Notes: generated by a model from the sequence alone, not told the origin. 50,557 nucleotides of DNA from Nostoc sp. (GCA_036918135.1 JBALDB010000059.1:1-50557), one strand, 5' to 3'; positions 1-11,262 are shown, counted from the stretch's first letter. Numbers and translations: made by a program.

Positions 1-80
1 TCCATTAATTATAGCGATCGCCTACTGCTTACCCAGTTGTACAAATTCAGGCATAGCAAGCTTTTTGCCTTTTTTTCACC

Positions 81-94
81 GTCGAACTCACGTT
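81..94. mobile_element. Right terminal inverted repeat (GTCGAACTCACGTT) of a MITE-like element; the left part lies upstream or outside the window
   Basis: Same 14-mer family as the termini of the complete element at 8833-8978 and the terminus at 37867-37880. Confidence 0.6.
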
Positions 95-119
95 GAGTCA
101 GCGATTGTTGAGTAATGTC

Positions 120-465
120 ATAATGTCGATGAACTTCCCCTATTCACTGCTGTGACTCAAACAGATGCCGTTATAGGATTCCTTTCTAAGGAACACAATG
201 AGTTTGCTGGAGAGATTTACGTTATGGCTGTGCCCCAGAATATCATCGTCACGGCATTAGAAAGGCTCTCGTTAAACACTCAGTTGAGTACTGCCGGAAC
301 AGAGGGTTAGAATTTCTCCAAGTAAAAACTCTTGGATCTGGGTGTCCTAATTCTTTCTTCGATCGCACCAGAAAATTCCATCTTCAGGTAGGATTTCGAC
401 CCCTTGAAGAATTTACAAGCATCTGGTTTGGCAATTCCTGTCTAATTATGGTTATGGCGCTCTAA
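120..465 (+). pseudogene. GNAT-family N-acetyltransferase remnant (5'-truncated, frameshifted)
   Basis: Manual translation gives ...VIGFLSKEHNEFAGEIYVMAV, a frameshift near 232, then PEYHRHGIRKALVKHSVEYCRNRGLEFLQVKTLG...RTRKFHLQVGFRPLEEFTSIWFGNSCLIMVMAL* (stop at 463-465). This contains the GNAT acetyl-CoA motif A region. No intact start; the MITE terminus lies just upstream. Confidence 0.7.
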
Positions 466-495
466 AACCGAGTTTCTCAGCAATTCTCAAAAAAA

Positions 496-1140
496 CTATT
501 CAGTCCAAGCAGATAATCCCAGCTTTTGTTGCGTTTTGATATCAAGTACAGAGTAAACTGTCTCCCGTGGTGTAATCAATTGTTCGCAATCGGACTTAAT
601 GTTTTGCTGCTGTTTTTGTACAAAGTCTGAGATGTCCTCAACGTTTAAAATCCAGTCTTTGGCGTAAGCAGCTAAGACTTGACCGCGTAACCCTAGCTGA
701 ATAGCCCGTCGTTCTAATTTTGCCCCAGATGGATGATGGTCTGGGTCCCATTGCAAGCGAACCCGTGAGTGCTTTAGTGCTGTTTGCCACGCACTTGTGT
801 TGGGATAAAGTTCTGGAACAAAGCTAGAATGAACAGCGGCTTTTAAAATTTCATCAAAAGCCGAACGCTTAATCCAAATAGCTAACACTACCTCTTGCCC
901 AGTTTTTGTACCCCATCCAGAACGATACATCATCCAGAGGAAGTTAGGTTTGATCCAACTCATGCGGTCAAAACTGAACTCACCACCAAAATAACCGTGG
1001 GTGGCAGCAAAGTCACCAATAATCGTACGATAAGCCTGATAAACAACAATTGACTGGTCGTCATATTGTGCTAAGATATGGCGACCAGTTTTCGGCCAGC
1101 GATTTACTTGAGTTAAATAGGGTTCTGTTATTAGCCGCAC
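496..1140 (-). CDS. DUF4291-family protein
   Basis: Motifs IVVYQAY, FSFDRMSWIKPNFLWMMYRSGWG, VRLQWDPDH and RRAIQLGLRG are typical of DUF4291. GTG start 12 bp downstream of the sqdB stop. Confidence 0.85.
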   Translation of the reverse strand: MRLITEPYLTQVNRWPKTGRHILAQYDDQSIVVYQAYRTIIGDFAATHGYFGGEFSFDRMSWIKPNFLWMMYRSGWGTKTGQEVVLAIWIKRSAFDEILKAAVHSSFVPELYPNTSAWQTALKHSRVRLQWDPDHHPSGAKLERRAIQLGLRGQVLAAYAKDWILNVEDISDFVQKQQQNIKSDCEQLITPRETVYSVLDIKTQQKLGLSAWTE

Positions 1141-1152
1141 GTAGGGTAAACT

Positions 1153-2319
<1,167 letters not shown>

Positions 2320-2389
2320 TTACTCGCTGATAGCTAAATCTATCAGGTTTGTGTCCCATCTCAATCATCATTCTCAGAGAAATGTAGAT

Positions 2390-2470
2390 TTGGGGGAGTG
2401 GGGAGTGGGGACATGAGGGAGACAAGGGGGACAAAAAGGATAAAGAAAATAACCATGCCCAATGCCCCAT
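2390..2470. repeat. STRR-type short tandem repeats (GGGGAGT, GGGGACAA-like, TGCCCAA)
   Basis: Tandem 7-9-mers upstream of sqdB, typical of heterocystous cyanobacteria. Confidence 0.7.
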
Positions 2471-2496
2471 ATTTCAAGACTTTGAAATCCGTATGA

Positions 2497-2624
2497 CTAG
2501 CCCTTTCAAGGTGTTGTGTGATGGGCAGATTTGTAGTTTGGTAAAAAGAGGTGCAAATCTGTTGGTTGGAGAAAAAATGTTGCTAGGGCAAGTGTTTGAG
2601 CGTTTTGTGAAAGAGAGTCCAGTA
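2497..2624 (+). mobile_element. IS4-like insertion sequence left-end remnant with the first 16 codons of a transposase
   Basis: CTAGCCCTTTCAAGGTG terminus followed by ATG 2577 MLLGQVFERFVKESPV, which resembles cyanobacterial IS4 transposase N-termini (from recall). It is cut off by a repeat element at about 2625. Confidence 0.5.
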
Positions 2625-3022
2625 TGGGATTGCTTCCCTACACTACGTTCCGGTTGCAATGACAAAACAGTGCTTGCGTAAGTCCTATGTTATTGTTATT
2701 CAGCATTCTTCAGCAGGAGTTTATATCACAAAATAATTGCTGGCACAAGAAAGAATTTTGTTTTTATCAAGAAAAAATTGAAATTGAACAAGGTGTGGAA
2801 TTTGGAATCGGCGAACGATATCAAAAGAAGAAACTTCAGTTTATATTTGACTTGTAATGTATAATAATTTACAAAAAATAAATTTGTGAAGATTGGGTAA
2901 AGAAGTTAACTTGACTTGACTTCAGTAATAATAAAAGAGGGAACCAAGAGCCAACATTGTGTTGATATAGGAGAAAGCAGGAGGCAGGAGGAAAGTAATT
3001 ATCAACTTCTTCACTGGGGAAA

Positions 3023-3421
3023 ATGAATCAAAATCCTGTAGCTGCTACTTTGGAGTTGAATGCTTCTTGCCAGTTTACTCCGTAACTGTTCGAGTCAAAT
3101 CCTCCTCTGGCATTTACCACTGGTGAAGCAGGTAAATTATTTTTTATTAGCTTGCAATCTCGTAGCAAACTATCTGTATTCTAGTATACCTTTGAACATT
3201 GCATCGGTTTATATGCCCAAGGTAGCAGCTTGTACATGAGTTCGCTCTATCGACTGTGGCGCTTTGAAAACATCTTACAACTGGGGCAAGTTCAGTACAA
3301 CTCCAATGCCGTGTATTTGCTCTAGGTAAGTTATGTGACTAAAGACTTAGATATCCATGATATTGCCCTGAGTAATTCTCAAGCAAATAATCATTTACAA
3401 AATCTCATATTTGTTAATACC
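3023..3421 (+). pseudogene. TIGR03032/DUF4915-family pseudogene
   Basis: One frame from ATG 3023 reads LELNASCQFTP*...LAFTTGEAGKLFFI...LSVF*YTFEHCIGL...LYMSSLYRLWRFENIL...SYVTKDLDIHDIAL...LIFVNT. Stops at 3083, 3182 and 3323; similarity ends after IFVNT. Confidence 0.8.
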
Positions 3422-3462
3422 CATAAACAACACAATCAAAATCATAAGGAAAATCAACAACA

Positions 3463-6400
3463 ATGGCTGATGCAGTATTAAATCTTTCCTCCCTTAAGGG
3501 CAGCAACGGCTTTGTGATTAACGGCATTAATAGGTATGACTTTTTAGGCTATTCTGTCAGCAGTGGGGGGGACATCAACGGCGACGGCTTTGATGACGTG
3601 ATTATCGAGGCAACAGGTGCCGACCCCAACGGTCAGGATAGAGCCGGGTCAAGCTACGTGGTGTTTGGCAGCAGCAATGGCTTTGGAGCCAGTTTCAACC
3701 TCTCTGACCTCAATGGCAGCAACGGCTTTGTGATTAACGGCATTGATACATATGACTTTTTAGGCGGTTCTGTCAGCAGTGGGGGGGACATCAACGGCGA
3801 CGGCTTTGATGACGTGATTATCGGCGCAAGATATGCCGACCCCAACGGTCAGTTTGGGGCAGGGTCAAGCTACGTGGTGTTTGGCAGCAGTAGTGGCTTT
3901 GGAGCCAGTTTCAACCTTTCTGACCTCAATGGCAGCAACGGCTTTGTGATTAACGGCATTAATAGGTATGACTCATTAGGCAGTTCTGTCAGCAGGGCGG
4001 GGGACATCAACGACGACGGCTTTGATGACCTGATTATCGGGGCACTTGGTGCCGACCCCAACGGCCAGTTTGGGGCAGGGTCAAGCTACGTGGTGTTTGG
4101 CAGCAGTAGTGGCTTTGGAGCCAGTTTCAACCTTTCTGACCTCAATGGCAGCAACGGCTTTGTGATTAACGGCATTGATGCAGGTGACTACTCAGGCAGT
4201 TCTGTCAGCAGGGCGGGGGACATCAACGGCGACGGCTTTGATGACCTGATTATCGGGGCACTTGGTGCCGACCCCAACGGTCCTCGGGCTGGGTCAAGCT
4301 ACGTGGTGTTTGGCAGCAGCAATGGCTTTGGAGCCAGTTTCAACCTTTCTGACCTCAATGGCAGCAACGGCTTTGTGATTAACGGCATTAATAGATATGA
4401 CTCATTAGGCAGTTCTGTCAGCAGAGCGGGGGACATCAACGGCGACGGCTTCGATGACCTGATTATCGGGGCACTTGGTGCCGACCCCAACGGCCAGTTT
4501 GGGGCAGGGTCAAGCTACGTGGTGTTTGGCAGCAGTAGTGGCTTTGGAGCCAGTTTCAACCTCTCTGACCTCAATGGCAGCAACGGCTTTGTGATTAACG
4601 GCATTGATACATTTGACAACTCAGGCAGTTCTGTCAGCAGTGGGGGGGACATCAACGGCGACGGCTTCGATGACCTGATTATCGGGGCACTTAGTGCCGA
4701 CCCCAACGGTCAGTATAATGCAGGGTCAAGCTACGTGGTGTTTGGCCGCAGCAGTAGCTTTGGAGCGAGTTTCAACCTCTCCTCCCTCGATGGCAGCGAC
4801 GGCTTTGTGATTAACGGCATTAATGAGCGTGACAACTCAGGCAGTTCTGTCAGCAGGGCGGGGGACATCAACGGCGACGGCTTTGATGACCTGATTATCG
4901 GGGCAAGATATGCCGACCCCAACGGTCAGTATAATGCAGGGTCAAGCTACGTAGTGTTTGGTTTTGCATCTTCTACACCTACTAATAAACCTCCTGTCGC
5001 GGTTAATGACACGGCTAGCACCGATGAAGACACTGCCGTTAACGTAGAGGTTTTAGCTAACGATAGTAACTTCCTAACAGTGTCGGCTGTTAATGATAGG
5101 ACAGTTGTTGTTGGCACTGCCATTACGCTGAATTCTGGTGCTTTAGTTACTCTTAATCCTAATGGCAGCTTGACCTACGACCCAAATGCTCAATTTGAAA
5201 GTTTAGGTGTCGGTGAAAGCAGCACTGACAGCTTTACATATACTATCAACAATGGCAGCTTGGGTAATACAGCTAGCGTCAACTTGACGATTAACGGAGT
5301 CAATGACGCACCTCAGGTTACTTCAAATTTTAACCTTTCCTCCCTTGACGGCAGCAACGGCTTTGTGATTAACGGCATTGATGCAGGTGACTTGTTAGGC
5401 TATTCTGTCAGCAGTGCGGGGGACATCAACGGCGACGGCTTTGATGACCTGATTATCGGGGCAGAAGGTGCCGACCCCAACGGTCAGTCTGGGGCTGGGT
5501 CAAGCTACGTGGTGTTTGGCAGCAGTAGTGGCTTTGGAGCGAGTTTCAACCTCTCCTCCCTCGATGGTAGCAACGGCTTTGTGATTAACGGCATTGATGC
5601 AGGTGACTCGTTAGGCAGTTCTGTCAGCAGTGCGGGGGACATCAACGACGACGGCTTTGATGACCTGATTATCGGGGCAAAAGGTGCCTCCCCCAACGGT
5701 CAGCCTAGTGCAGGGTCAAGCTACGTGGTGTTTGGCAGCAGTAGTGGCTTGGGAGCGAGTTTCAACCTTTCTGACCTCAATGGCAGCAACGGCTTTGTGA
5801 TTAAAGGCATTGATACAGGTGACTACTCAGGCACATTAGGCATTTCCGTCAGCAGTGCGGGAGACATCAACGGCGACGGCTTTGATGACCTGATTATCGG
5901 GGCACTTAGTGCCAACCCCAACGGTCAGTCTGGGGCAGGGTCAAGCTACGTGGTGTTTGGCAGCAGTAGTGGCTTGGGAGCCAGTTTCAACCTTTCTGAC
6001 CTCAATGGCAGCAACGGCTTTGTGATTAACGGCATTGATGAGCGTGACTACTCAGGCATTTCCGTCAGCAGTGCGGGGGACATCAACGGCGACGGCTTTG
6101 ATGACCTGATTATCGGGGCAGAAGGTGCCGACCCCAACGGTCAGTCTGGGGCTGGGTCAAGCTACGTGGTGTTTGGCAGCAGTAGTGGCTTTGGAGCCAG
6201 TTTCAACCTCTCTGACCTCAATGGCAGCAATGGCTTTGTGATTAACGGCATTGATGCAGGTGACTACTCAGGCGGTTCTGTCAGCAGTGCGGGGGACATC
6301 AACAGCGACGGCTTTGATGACCTGATTATCGGGGCACTTGGTGGTTCCCCCAACGGTCAGTATAGAGCCGGATCAAGCTACGTGGTGTTTGGCAGCAGTA

Positions 6401-8460
6401 GTGGCTTTGGAGCAAGTTTCAACCTCTCTGACCTCAATGGCAGCAACGGCTTTGTGATTAACGGCATTGATGAGCGTGACTACTCAGGCATTTCCGTCAG
6501 CAGTGCGGGGGACATCAACGGCGATGGCTTTGATGACCTGATTATCGGCGCAAGATATGCCGACCCCAACGGTCAATATAATGCAGGGTCAAGCTATGTG
6601 TTGTTTAGCAGCAATAGTGGCTTTAAAGCAAGTTACAACCTCTCTGACCTCAATGGTAGCAACGGCTTTGTGATTAACGGCATTGATGAGCGTGACTACT
6701 CAGGCGATTCTGTCAGCAGGGCGGGGGACATCAATGGCGACGGCTTTGATGACCTGATTATCGGGGCATTTGGTGCCAACCCCAACGGTCAGCGTTATGC
6801 AGGGTCAAGCTACGTGGTCTTTGGCTTTGCCACTGCGGCTACCACCAACGAAGATACTCCTGTAACAATCCTTGCCAAAAATATTGTACGTAGATATACT
6901 GATTTAGATGGTGATACTTTAAGAATTAGTGACTTCACGAATCCCACAAACGGCACACTGACACTTAACGACAACAGTACTCCAGACAACTTTAGTGACG
7001 ATTTCTTCATCTACACCCCCAATGCCAACTTCAATGGTACTGACAGCTTCAATTTCACTGTCAATGATGGTAATGGCGGCAACACTACGGGTACTTTTAA
7101 CCTCAATGTCAAGCCTGTCAACGATGCACCCATTGCCGTAAACGATAGTCTGACTAGTGGTTTTAATACAAGTAGTACTATCCTTGCTAGTACTTTGCTA
7201 GCCAACGATACCGATATTGATAGCAGTAACCTGAGCATTATTAGTGTGAGTAGTGCAATCAATGGTACTGTTGTGCTAAATGATAACGGCACTCTGGGCA
7301 ACTCGGCAGATGATTTCATTGTCTTTACCCCATTTAACGGGTTGAGTGGCAATGCTCAGTTTGACTACACCATTAGCGATGGTAGCCTGACTAGTACTGC
7401 TAGGGTTGCGATCGCTGTTGGTGCTAATATCACTGGCACTGATGGCAACGATAATATTTCTGGCACTGACGGCAACGATAACATCTTTAGTGGCAACGGC
7501 AATGATACTCTTGTTGGTGGCAATGGTAATGATACTTTTGTCTTTCGCCTTGGTGATGGCAATGACACCATTACTGATTTTACTGGAACAGGTATTGGCT
7601 CAAATCCATCAGCAGCAGTGATTAGCCAACTGGATACCTTGCAATTTATTGGTAGTGGTTTAACTGCCCAAAATCTGCAACTTACTCAAAATGGCAATAA
7701 TTTAGAACTCACTTTTTCAAATGCAGTTTCTACCAAAGTTACTTTGCAAAACTTCCAATTAGAAAACCTGGATAATTTACCAGCAGATGGTTCACGACCA
7801 GCTATCGGTAATATTCTGTTTGATGGACAAAGCAGTGTAACTGACAGCTTTGATGTCTTCAACGCCAATTCCACTCAAACTAACTTGTTTAACAAGAATA
7901 CTGTCACTTTCCTCAACGATCTTAACAATAACGTCGCGGGTTTTGACAACTCCAATGATGTGATTAATGCTCAAGGCGGTAATGACATCATTAGTGGCAA
8001 TAGTGGCAATGACCTGTTGCGGGGCGATTCAGGTGATGATATTCTCATCGGTGGAGAAGGTAATGATACTCTTGTGGATGGCAACGGCAATGATATTCTC
8101 ATCGGTGGTGTAGGTACTGACTTTTTCCTTTACAACAGCGATGCTAACTTTACTAACGCTGTTGTTGGTATTGACGCGATCGCTGATTTCAACAGTTCTG
8201 AAGCTGACAAAATTGTACTGGATAAGACTACCTTTAGTGCAATTACTTCTGCTGCAGGAACAGGTTTTAGTAACACCAGTGATTTTCAAATCTCCTCTAA
8301 TGCAGGGATTAGCACGGCGAAAATTGTCTACGATTCTGTGAGTGGGGAGTTGTTCTACAATCAAAATGGCAGCGCCGCTGGTTATGGCAGTGGTGGCCTA
8401 TTTGCGACTCTAACTGGTGCGCCAACTCTTACAGGATCTGATTTTATAGTGCAAGCATAG
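3463..8460 (+). CDS. Large secreted adhesin-like protein: two arrays of 7 FG-GAP (integrin-alpha-like) repeats, Ig/cadherin-like domains and RTX Ca-binding repeats
   Basis: 14 copies of GFVINGI...SVSSAGDINGDGFDDLIIGA...AGSSYVVFG; PVAVND/GVNDAP Ig-like modules; GGNGNDT nonapeptides. No N-terminal signal peptide, consistent with type I secretion. Confidence 0.9.
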   Translation: MADAVLNLSSLKGSNGFVINGINRYDFLGYSVSSGGDINGDGFDDVIIEATGADPNGQDRAGSSYVVFGSSNGFGASFNLSDLNGSNGFVINGIDTYDFLGGSVSSGGDINGDGFDDVIIGARYADPNGQFGAGSSYVVFGSSSGFGASFNLSDLNGSNGFVINGINRYDSLGSSVSRAGDINDDGFDDLIIGALGADPNGQFGAGSSYVVFGSSSGFGASFNLSDLNGSNGFVINGIDAGDYSGSSVSRAGDINGDGFDDLIIGALGADPNGPRAGSSYVVFGSSNGFGASFNLSDLNGSNGFVINGINRYDSLGSSVSRAGDINGDGFDDLIIGALGADPNGQFGAGSSYVVFGSSSGFGASFNLSDLNGSNGFVINGIDTFDNSGSSVSSGGDINGDGFDDLIIGALSADPNGQYNAGSSYVVFGRSSSFGASFNLSSLDGSDGFVINGINERDNSGSSVSRAGDINGDGFDDLIIGARYADPNGQYNAGSSYVVFGFASSTPTNKPPVAVNDTASTDEDTAVNVEVLANDSNFLTVSAVNDRTVVVGTAITLNSGALVTLNPNGSLTYDPNAQFESLGVGESSTDSFTYTINNGSLGNTASVNLTINGVNDAPQVTSNFNLSSLDGSNGFVINGIDAGDLLGYSVSSAGDINGDGFDDLIIGAEGADPNGQSGAGSSYVVFGSSSGFGASFNLSSLDGSNGFVINGIDAGDSLGSSVSSAGDINDDGFDDLIIGAKGASPNGQPSAGSSYVVFGSSSGLGASFNLSDLNGSNGFVIKGIDTGDYSGTLGISVSSAGDINGDGFDDLIIGALSANPNGQSGAGSSYVVFGSSSGLGASFNLSDLNGSNGFVINGIDERDYSGISVSSAGDINGDGFDDLIIGAEGADPNGQSGAGSSYVVFGSSSGFGASFNLSDLNGSNGFVINGIDAGDYSGGSVSSAGDINSDGFDDLIIGALGGSPNGQYRAGSSYVVFGSSSGFGASFNLSDLNGSNGFVINGIDERDYSGISVSSAGDINGDGFDDLIIGARYADPNGQYNAGSSYVLFSSNSGFKASYNLSDLNGSNGFVINGIDERDYSGDSVSRAGDINGDGFDDLIIGAFGANPNGQRYAGSSYVVFGFATAATTNEDTPVTILAKNIVRRYTDLDGDTLRISDFTNPTNGTLTLNDNSTPDNFSDDFFIYTPNANFNGTDSFNFTVNDGNGGNTTGTFNLNVKPVNDAPIAVNDSLTSGFNTSSTILASTLLANDTDIDSSNLSIISVSSAINGTVVLNDNGTLGNSADDFIVFTPFNGLSGNAQFDYTISDGSLTSTARVAIAVGANITGTDGNDNISGTDGNDNIFSGNGNDTLVGGNGNDTFVFRLGDGNDTITDFTGTGIGSNPSAAVISQLDTLQFIGSGLTAQNLQLTQNGNNLELTFSNAVSTKVTLQNFQLENLDNLPADGSRPAIGNILFDGQSSVTDSFDVFNANSTQTNLFNKNTVTFLNDLNNNVAGFDNSNDVINAQGGNDIISGNSGNDLLRGDSGDDILIGGEGNDTLVDGNGNDILIGGVGTDFFLYNSDANFTNAVVGIDAIADFNSSEADKIVLDKTTFSAITSAAGTGFSNTSDFQISSNAGISTAKIVYDSVSGELFYNQNGSAAGYGSGGLFATLTGAPTLTGSDFIVQA
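3481..4965 (+). repeat. Tandem array 1: 7 coding repeats of about 216 bp
   Basis: Near-identical units, with GGCTTTGTGATTAACGGCATT recurring about every 213-216 bp. Confidence 0.9.
5329..6828 (+). repeat. Tandem array 2: 7 coding repeats of about 216 bp
   Basis: Same unit as array 1; one unit carries a 9-bp insertion (GTLG). Confidence 0.9.
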
Positions 8461-8832
8461 TTTGTCCAAAACGGAGTTCCAACAAGGAACGAATACCAGA
8501 TACAGTTGGCGAAGTCAAAAAACGCTCTTGTTTGGCTAACTCAGTTCAGCAATGAAGCTAGGACTAACCCTTTTAAGGTGACTCGAAAAATCTCGTTTTT
8601 TCTCTCTCCGCTACGGATACTTTGCTCAAGTCGGGAAACCCGCCCATCTAAGTGTCCTCTTCTGTGCCTCTGCGGTTTAAAATTCAGAAGGCAGAAGGCA
8701 GCTATGATCCCACGCTTAAAAACGTGGGATTGAAACAAGGATGCCGTATTTCTTGCGCTGTGCGGAATTTGTAAGTCGTAATGACGTACGAGACCAAGGC
8801 GAACGCAAACTCGCTTTGCGTGGCGCTAACGT

Positions 8833-8978
8833 AACGTGAGTTCGACGAATATTATATTGACCTCACCCCCAGCCCCTCTCCGATTCGGAGAGGGGAGTGA
8901 AAAGCATAATTTTCATTACTCCTCCCTCTCCTTCTAGGAGAGGGAGGCTGGGTGGGTGAGGTCTGTCGAATTCACGTT
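8833..8978. mobile_element. MITE-like element with 14-bp terminal inverted repeats and internal REP-like hairpins
   Basis: AACGTGAGTTCGAC (8833-8846) and GTCGAATTCACGTT (8965-8978). Internal hairpins CCCCTCTCCGATTCGGAGAGGGG and CTCCCTCTCC..GGAGAGGGAG. Sits in a CGTAATT-type STRR tract. Confidence 0.75.
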
Positions 8979-9033
8979 AACGTAATTTGTAATTACGGTA
9001 TTACAAGGGTTTCAGGCATTGACAATGGGTGGT

Positions 9034-9576
9034 TTATTTACACCGTGCTGTGCTAATCCTAATCCGATACTGTTGGGCAATGTAATAAAACAAACGGTAG
9101 TACTTTGGAAATTCTTGGCTGCTACTTCGTCCTTGCCAGTAGTATTTCACTTGATTGTGAGTTAGTGTCAGTGTCATTGAACCTACTTGTTGAGCGACTT
9201 CTACAACCAACACCCCAGATATTCCTTGAGCAGTCTGAAAGTTCGAGTTTATCTTTTTCCCAAATGGGTCTTTGTCAATCGAATTTGGCAACTGTTGACT
9301 TGCCCACCCGCGAATTTCCACTGAGTTATTCTGCGGTGAAATAAATCCAATTCCATCATCATTTTCTGGAGCTGGCAAAGAAGTCCAATTACTCGGATAT
9401 GGAAACTCAAAACCATAACGAGAGTTGCTATAAGTTTTCCAGGCGATCGCTTCGGGGTTAAAATCAGTCGCAGTACAACCCCACAAAATTATCAACAGGG
9501 CAATGGCTCTGCTAACGCCAAAACCAAACCGATAAATTTCTTGCCCCAAACTACGGGTTTTATTAGCAGTAGCCAT
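9034..9576 (-). CDS. Hypothetical exported or lipoprotein, possibly PsbP-like fold
   Basis: Hydrophobic segment ending LWGC (lipobox-like), followed by WKTYSNSRYGFEFPYPSNW. Confidence 0.7.
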   Translation of the reverse strand: MATANKTRSLGQEIYRFGFGVSRAIALLIILWGCTATDFNPEAIAWKTYSNSRYGFEFPYPSNWTSLPAPENDDGIGFISPQNNSVEIRGWASQQLPNSIDKDPFGKKINSNFQTAQGISGVLVVEVAQQVGSMTLTLTHNQVKYYWQGRSSSQEFPKYYRLFYYIAQQYRIRISTARCK

Positions 9577-9800
9577 TTAGATTACGCATTTTACCAAAGT
9601 CACTGATTTTATAGAAATACCAGAAACTTAAATCAATACCTTCGCCAATTTACGAGTTATTATTCCCAAATTGAAAGGCTGCTGAATAAAGTGCACCGTA
9701 AAAGCTCTGATGAAAAATTCAAGATTCTTTCAGAGTATTTACTATTCTCTTTTTAGTTATCAGTAGAGAAGCTTATAAAAAGTGCTTTATCACACAAATT

Positions 9801-10592
9801 ATGTACAGTGCCTCTCAGGCAGCCGAGCCAACTTTGGAGCTTTTTCACCTCCAAACCAACACATCTTTGCAATTTCCACCAAATCTTTCTGTAATTTACA
9901 TCGGTAAGCCAAACGACCAAAAACCACCAGATATCGATGTTTCTGGCTTACCAGATTCGGATGTGGCATCTCGCATCCACGCCCAAATTTGGATAAATAG
10001 GGATGAATACCATATTACCGATTTGGGCAGTTCTAACGGTACGTATGTTAACGGCAGGAAACTTCAACCTCAAGTTTTTTGTCCCCTGCATCCAGCAGAC
10101 AGAGTTTCCCTTGGACAAGGAGATAAAATAACCTTCATATTTAGAGCGCAGCAACACTATGCATCAACCACAAAAAATCCTACCCCAAACTCTGCGCCAA
10201 CAAAAATTACAGCACCAACTACTACTAAAGAAGAGGAAGACCAAGTAATTTTTGCTAGTAAGCTTATTGGTTTAGGACTAATCCTAACAGGGATTACATT
10301 TTTAAGTACAAGCATTTATGTGAGCGTTTACTTACGCAGTACACCTGGGATTTTGCTGTGTATTGGAGGTATAGTAGCTCTCAATTTGAGTGGGCGCGAT
10401 CATCGGAAGTTGGGATGGGTATTAATTGGCATAGGAATCGCTCTATTCATCGCTAGTGGTGTAGTAATCGGCTCAGTGTCACTTTTTTCGATGCTAGTGT
10501 CATTCGCTGGCATCTCCTGTGGCTATCAATTGTTTACAACTGGAAAGGTATTCAATTTTAATCCTCTGACACTCCAAGTAATTAAAAAATAA
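9801..10592 (+). CDS. FHA-domain membrane protein
   Basis: IGKP...DID...SRIHAQI...DLGSSNGTYVNG FHA signature; about 4 C-terminal transmembrane helices. Confidence 0.9.
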   Translation: MYSASQAAEPTLELFHLQTNTSLQFPPNLSVIYIGKPNDQKPPDIDVSGLPDSDVASRIHAQIWINRDEYHITDLGSSNGTYVNGRKLQPQVFCPLHPADRVSLGQGDKITFIFRAQQHYASTTKNPTPNSAPTKITAPTTTKEEEDQVIFASKLIGLGLILTGITFLSTSIYVSVYLRSTPGILLCIGGIVALNLSGRDHRKLGWVLIGIGIALFIASGVVIGSVSLFSMLVSFAGISCGYQLFTTGKVFNFNPLTLQVIKK

Positions 10593-10751
10593 GCCAAGTC
10601 ACCTCCTGCGGGGAAGTCAAAAGTCAGGCAATCATTGCTTTATTAGTATTTTTTAGTACTGTCAAAGAATCAGTATGAATAGTTATCAACAGCATCTAAG
10701 CTGAGATTGTAAATAAATGTAACGAAACTGCCGTCAAAACGTTTTGCCGTC

Positions 10752-10780
10752 TTGACAAGGAATAGAAGAACCGATAACTT
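10752..10780 (+). promoter_or_regulatory. Putative sigma70 promoter of the three-gene operon
   Basis: TTGACA (10752-10757), 17-bp spacer, TAACTT (10775-10780). Directly preceded by TGCCGTC direct repeats around a CAAAACGTTTTG palindrome. Confidence 0.65.
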
Positions 10781-10816
10781 GATATACATACCCGGGTAAG
10801 ACCGTTAAAGAGTTAT

Positions 10817-11170
10817 ATGCAAACGCAAACTAAGCAAAAGGTCACTTTGTATTTATCGCCAGAGTTGCACAGGAAACTGAAGATTCGTTCAGCAGTAGAT
10901 TGTCAGCATATGTCAGAACTTGCCGAACGTGCCCTCGTTTTTTACCTATCTAATTCAGAATTAGTTGATGAAGTAGAAGATTCATCTTATGGGCGGACTC
11001 ATAGAGTCTATTCCTGCCCAACTTGTGATAGTTCACTAGTCTTACGTGATGGGGAACTGGTAACTTTGGGCAATCAACCAGCAGTAGTTGGTCAAGAGCA
11101 TCTTTCCATCGATGAAATGGATGAAGATGAAACCCATCCCAAGGGTGAGGAAGAGTTGGTTCCTTGCTAG
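10817..11170 (+). CDS. Conserved cyanobacterial protein with N-terminal ribbon-helix-helix-like segment and a CxxC motif (Slr0373-like)
   Basis: KQKVTLYLSPELHRKLKIRSA; HRVYSCPTC; first gene upstream of ycf46. Confidence 0.8.
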   Translation: MQTQTKQKVTLYLSPELHRKLKIRSAVDCQHMSELAERALVFYLSNSELVDEVEDSSYGRTHRVYSCPTCDSSLVLRDGELVTLGNQPAVVGQEHLSIDEMDEDETHPKGEEELVPC

Positions 11171-11262
11171 ATAGGAATGATGAATGACTATTTCATCATT
11201 CGGTTGCCTTTACCAAAAGCAATGTCTCTACTGTCTCTATAAGGTCTCAAGTAGGTCGATGT

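Noticed and set aside
3654..5696. Series of 63-aa minus-strand ORFs
   Set aside because: Antisense shadows of the FG-GAP repeats.
3481..6828. 216-bp repeats as a CRISPR array or a diversity-generating retroelement
   Set aside because: The units are in-frame coding repeats without unique spacers. There is no reverse transcriptase or separate template repeat in the window, and the variation is not adenine-specific.
8706..8736. GGGATTGAAAC resembling the 3' end of a cyanobacterial CRISPR repeat
   Set aside because: Single copy, part of a hairpin next to an AGAAGGC STRR tract; no array or cas genes.
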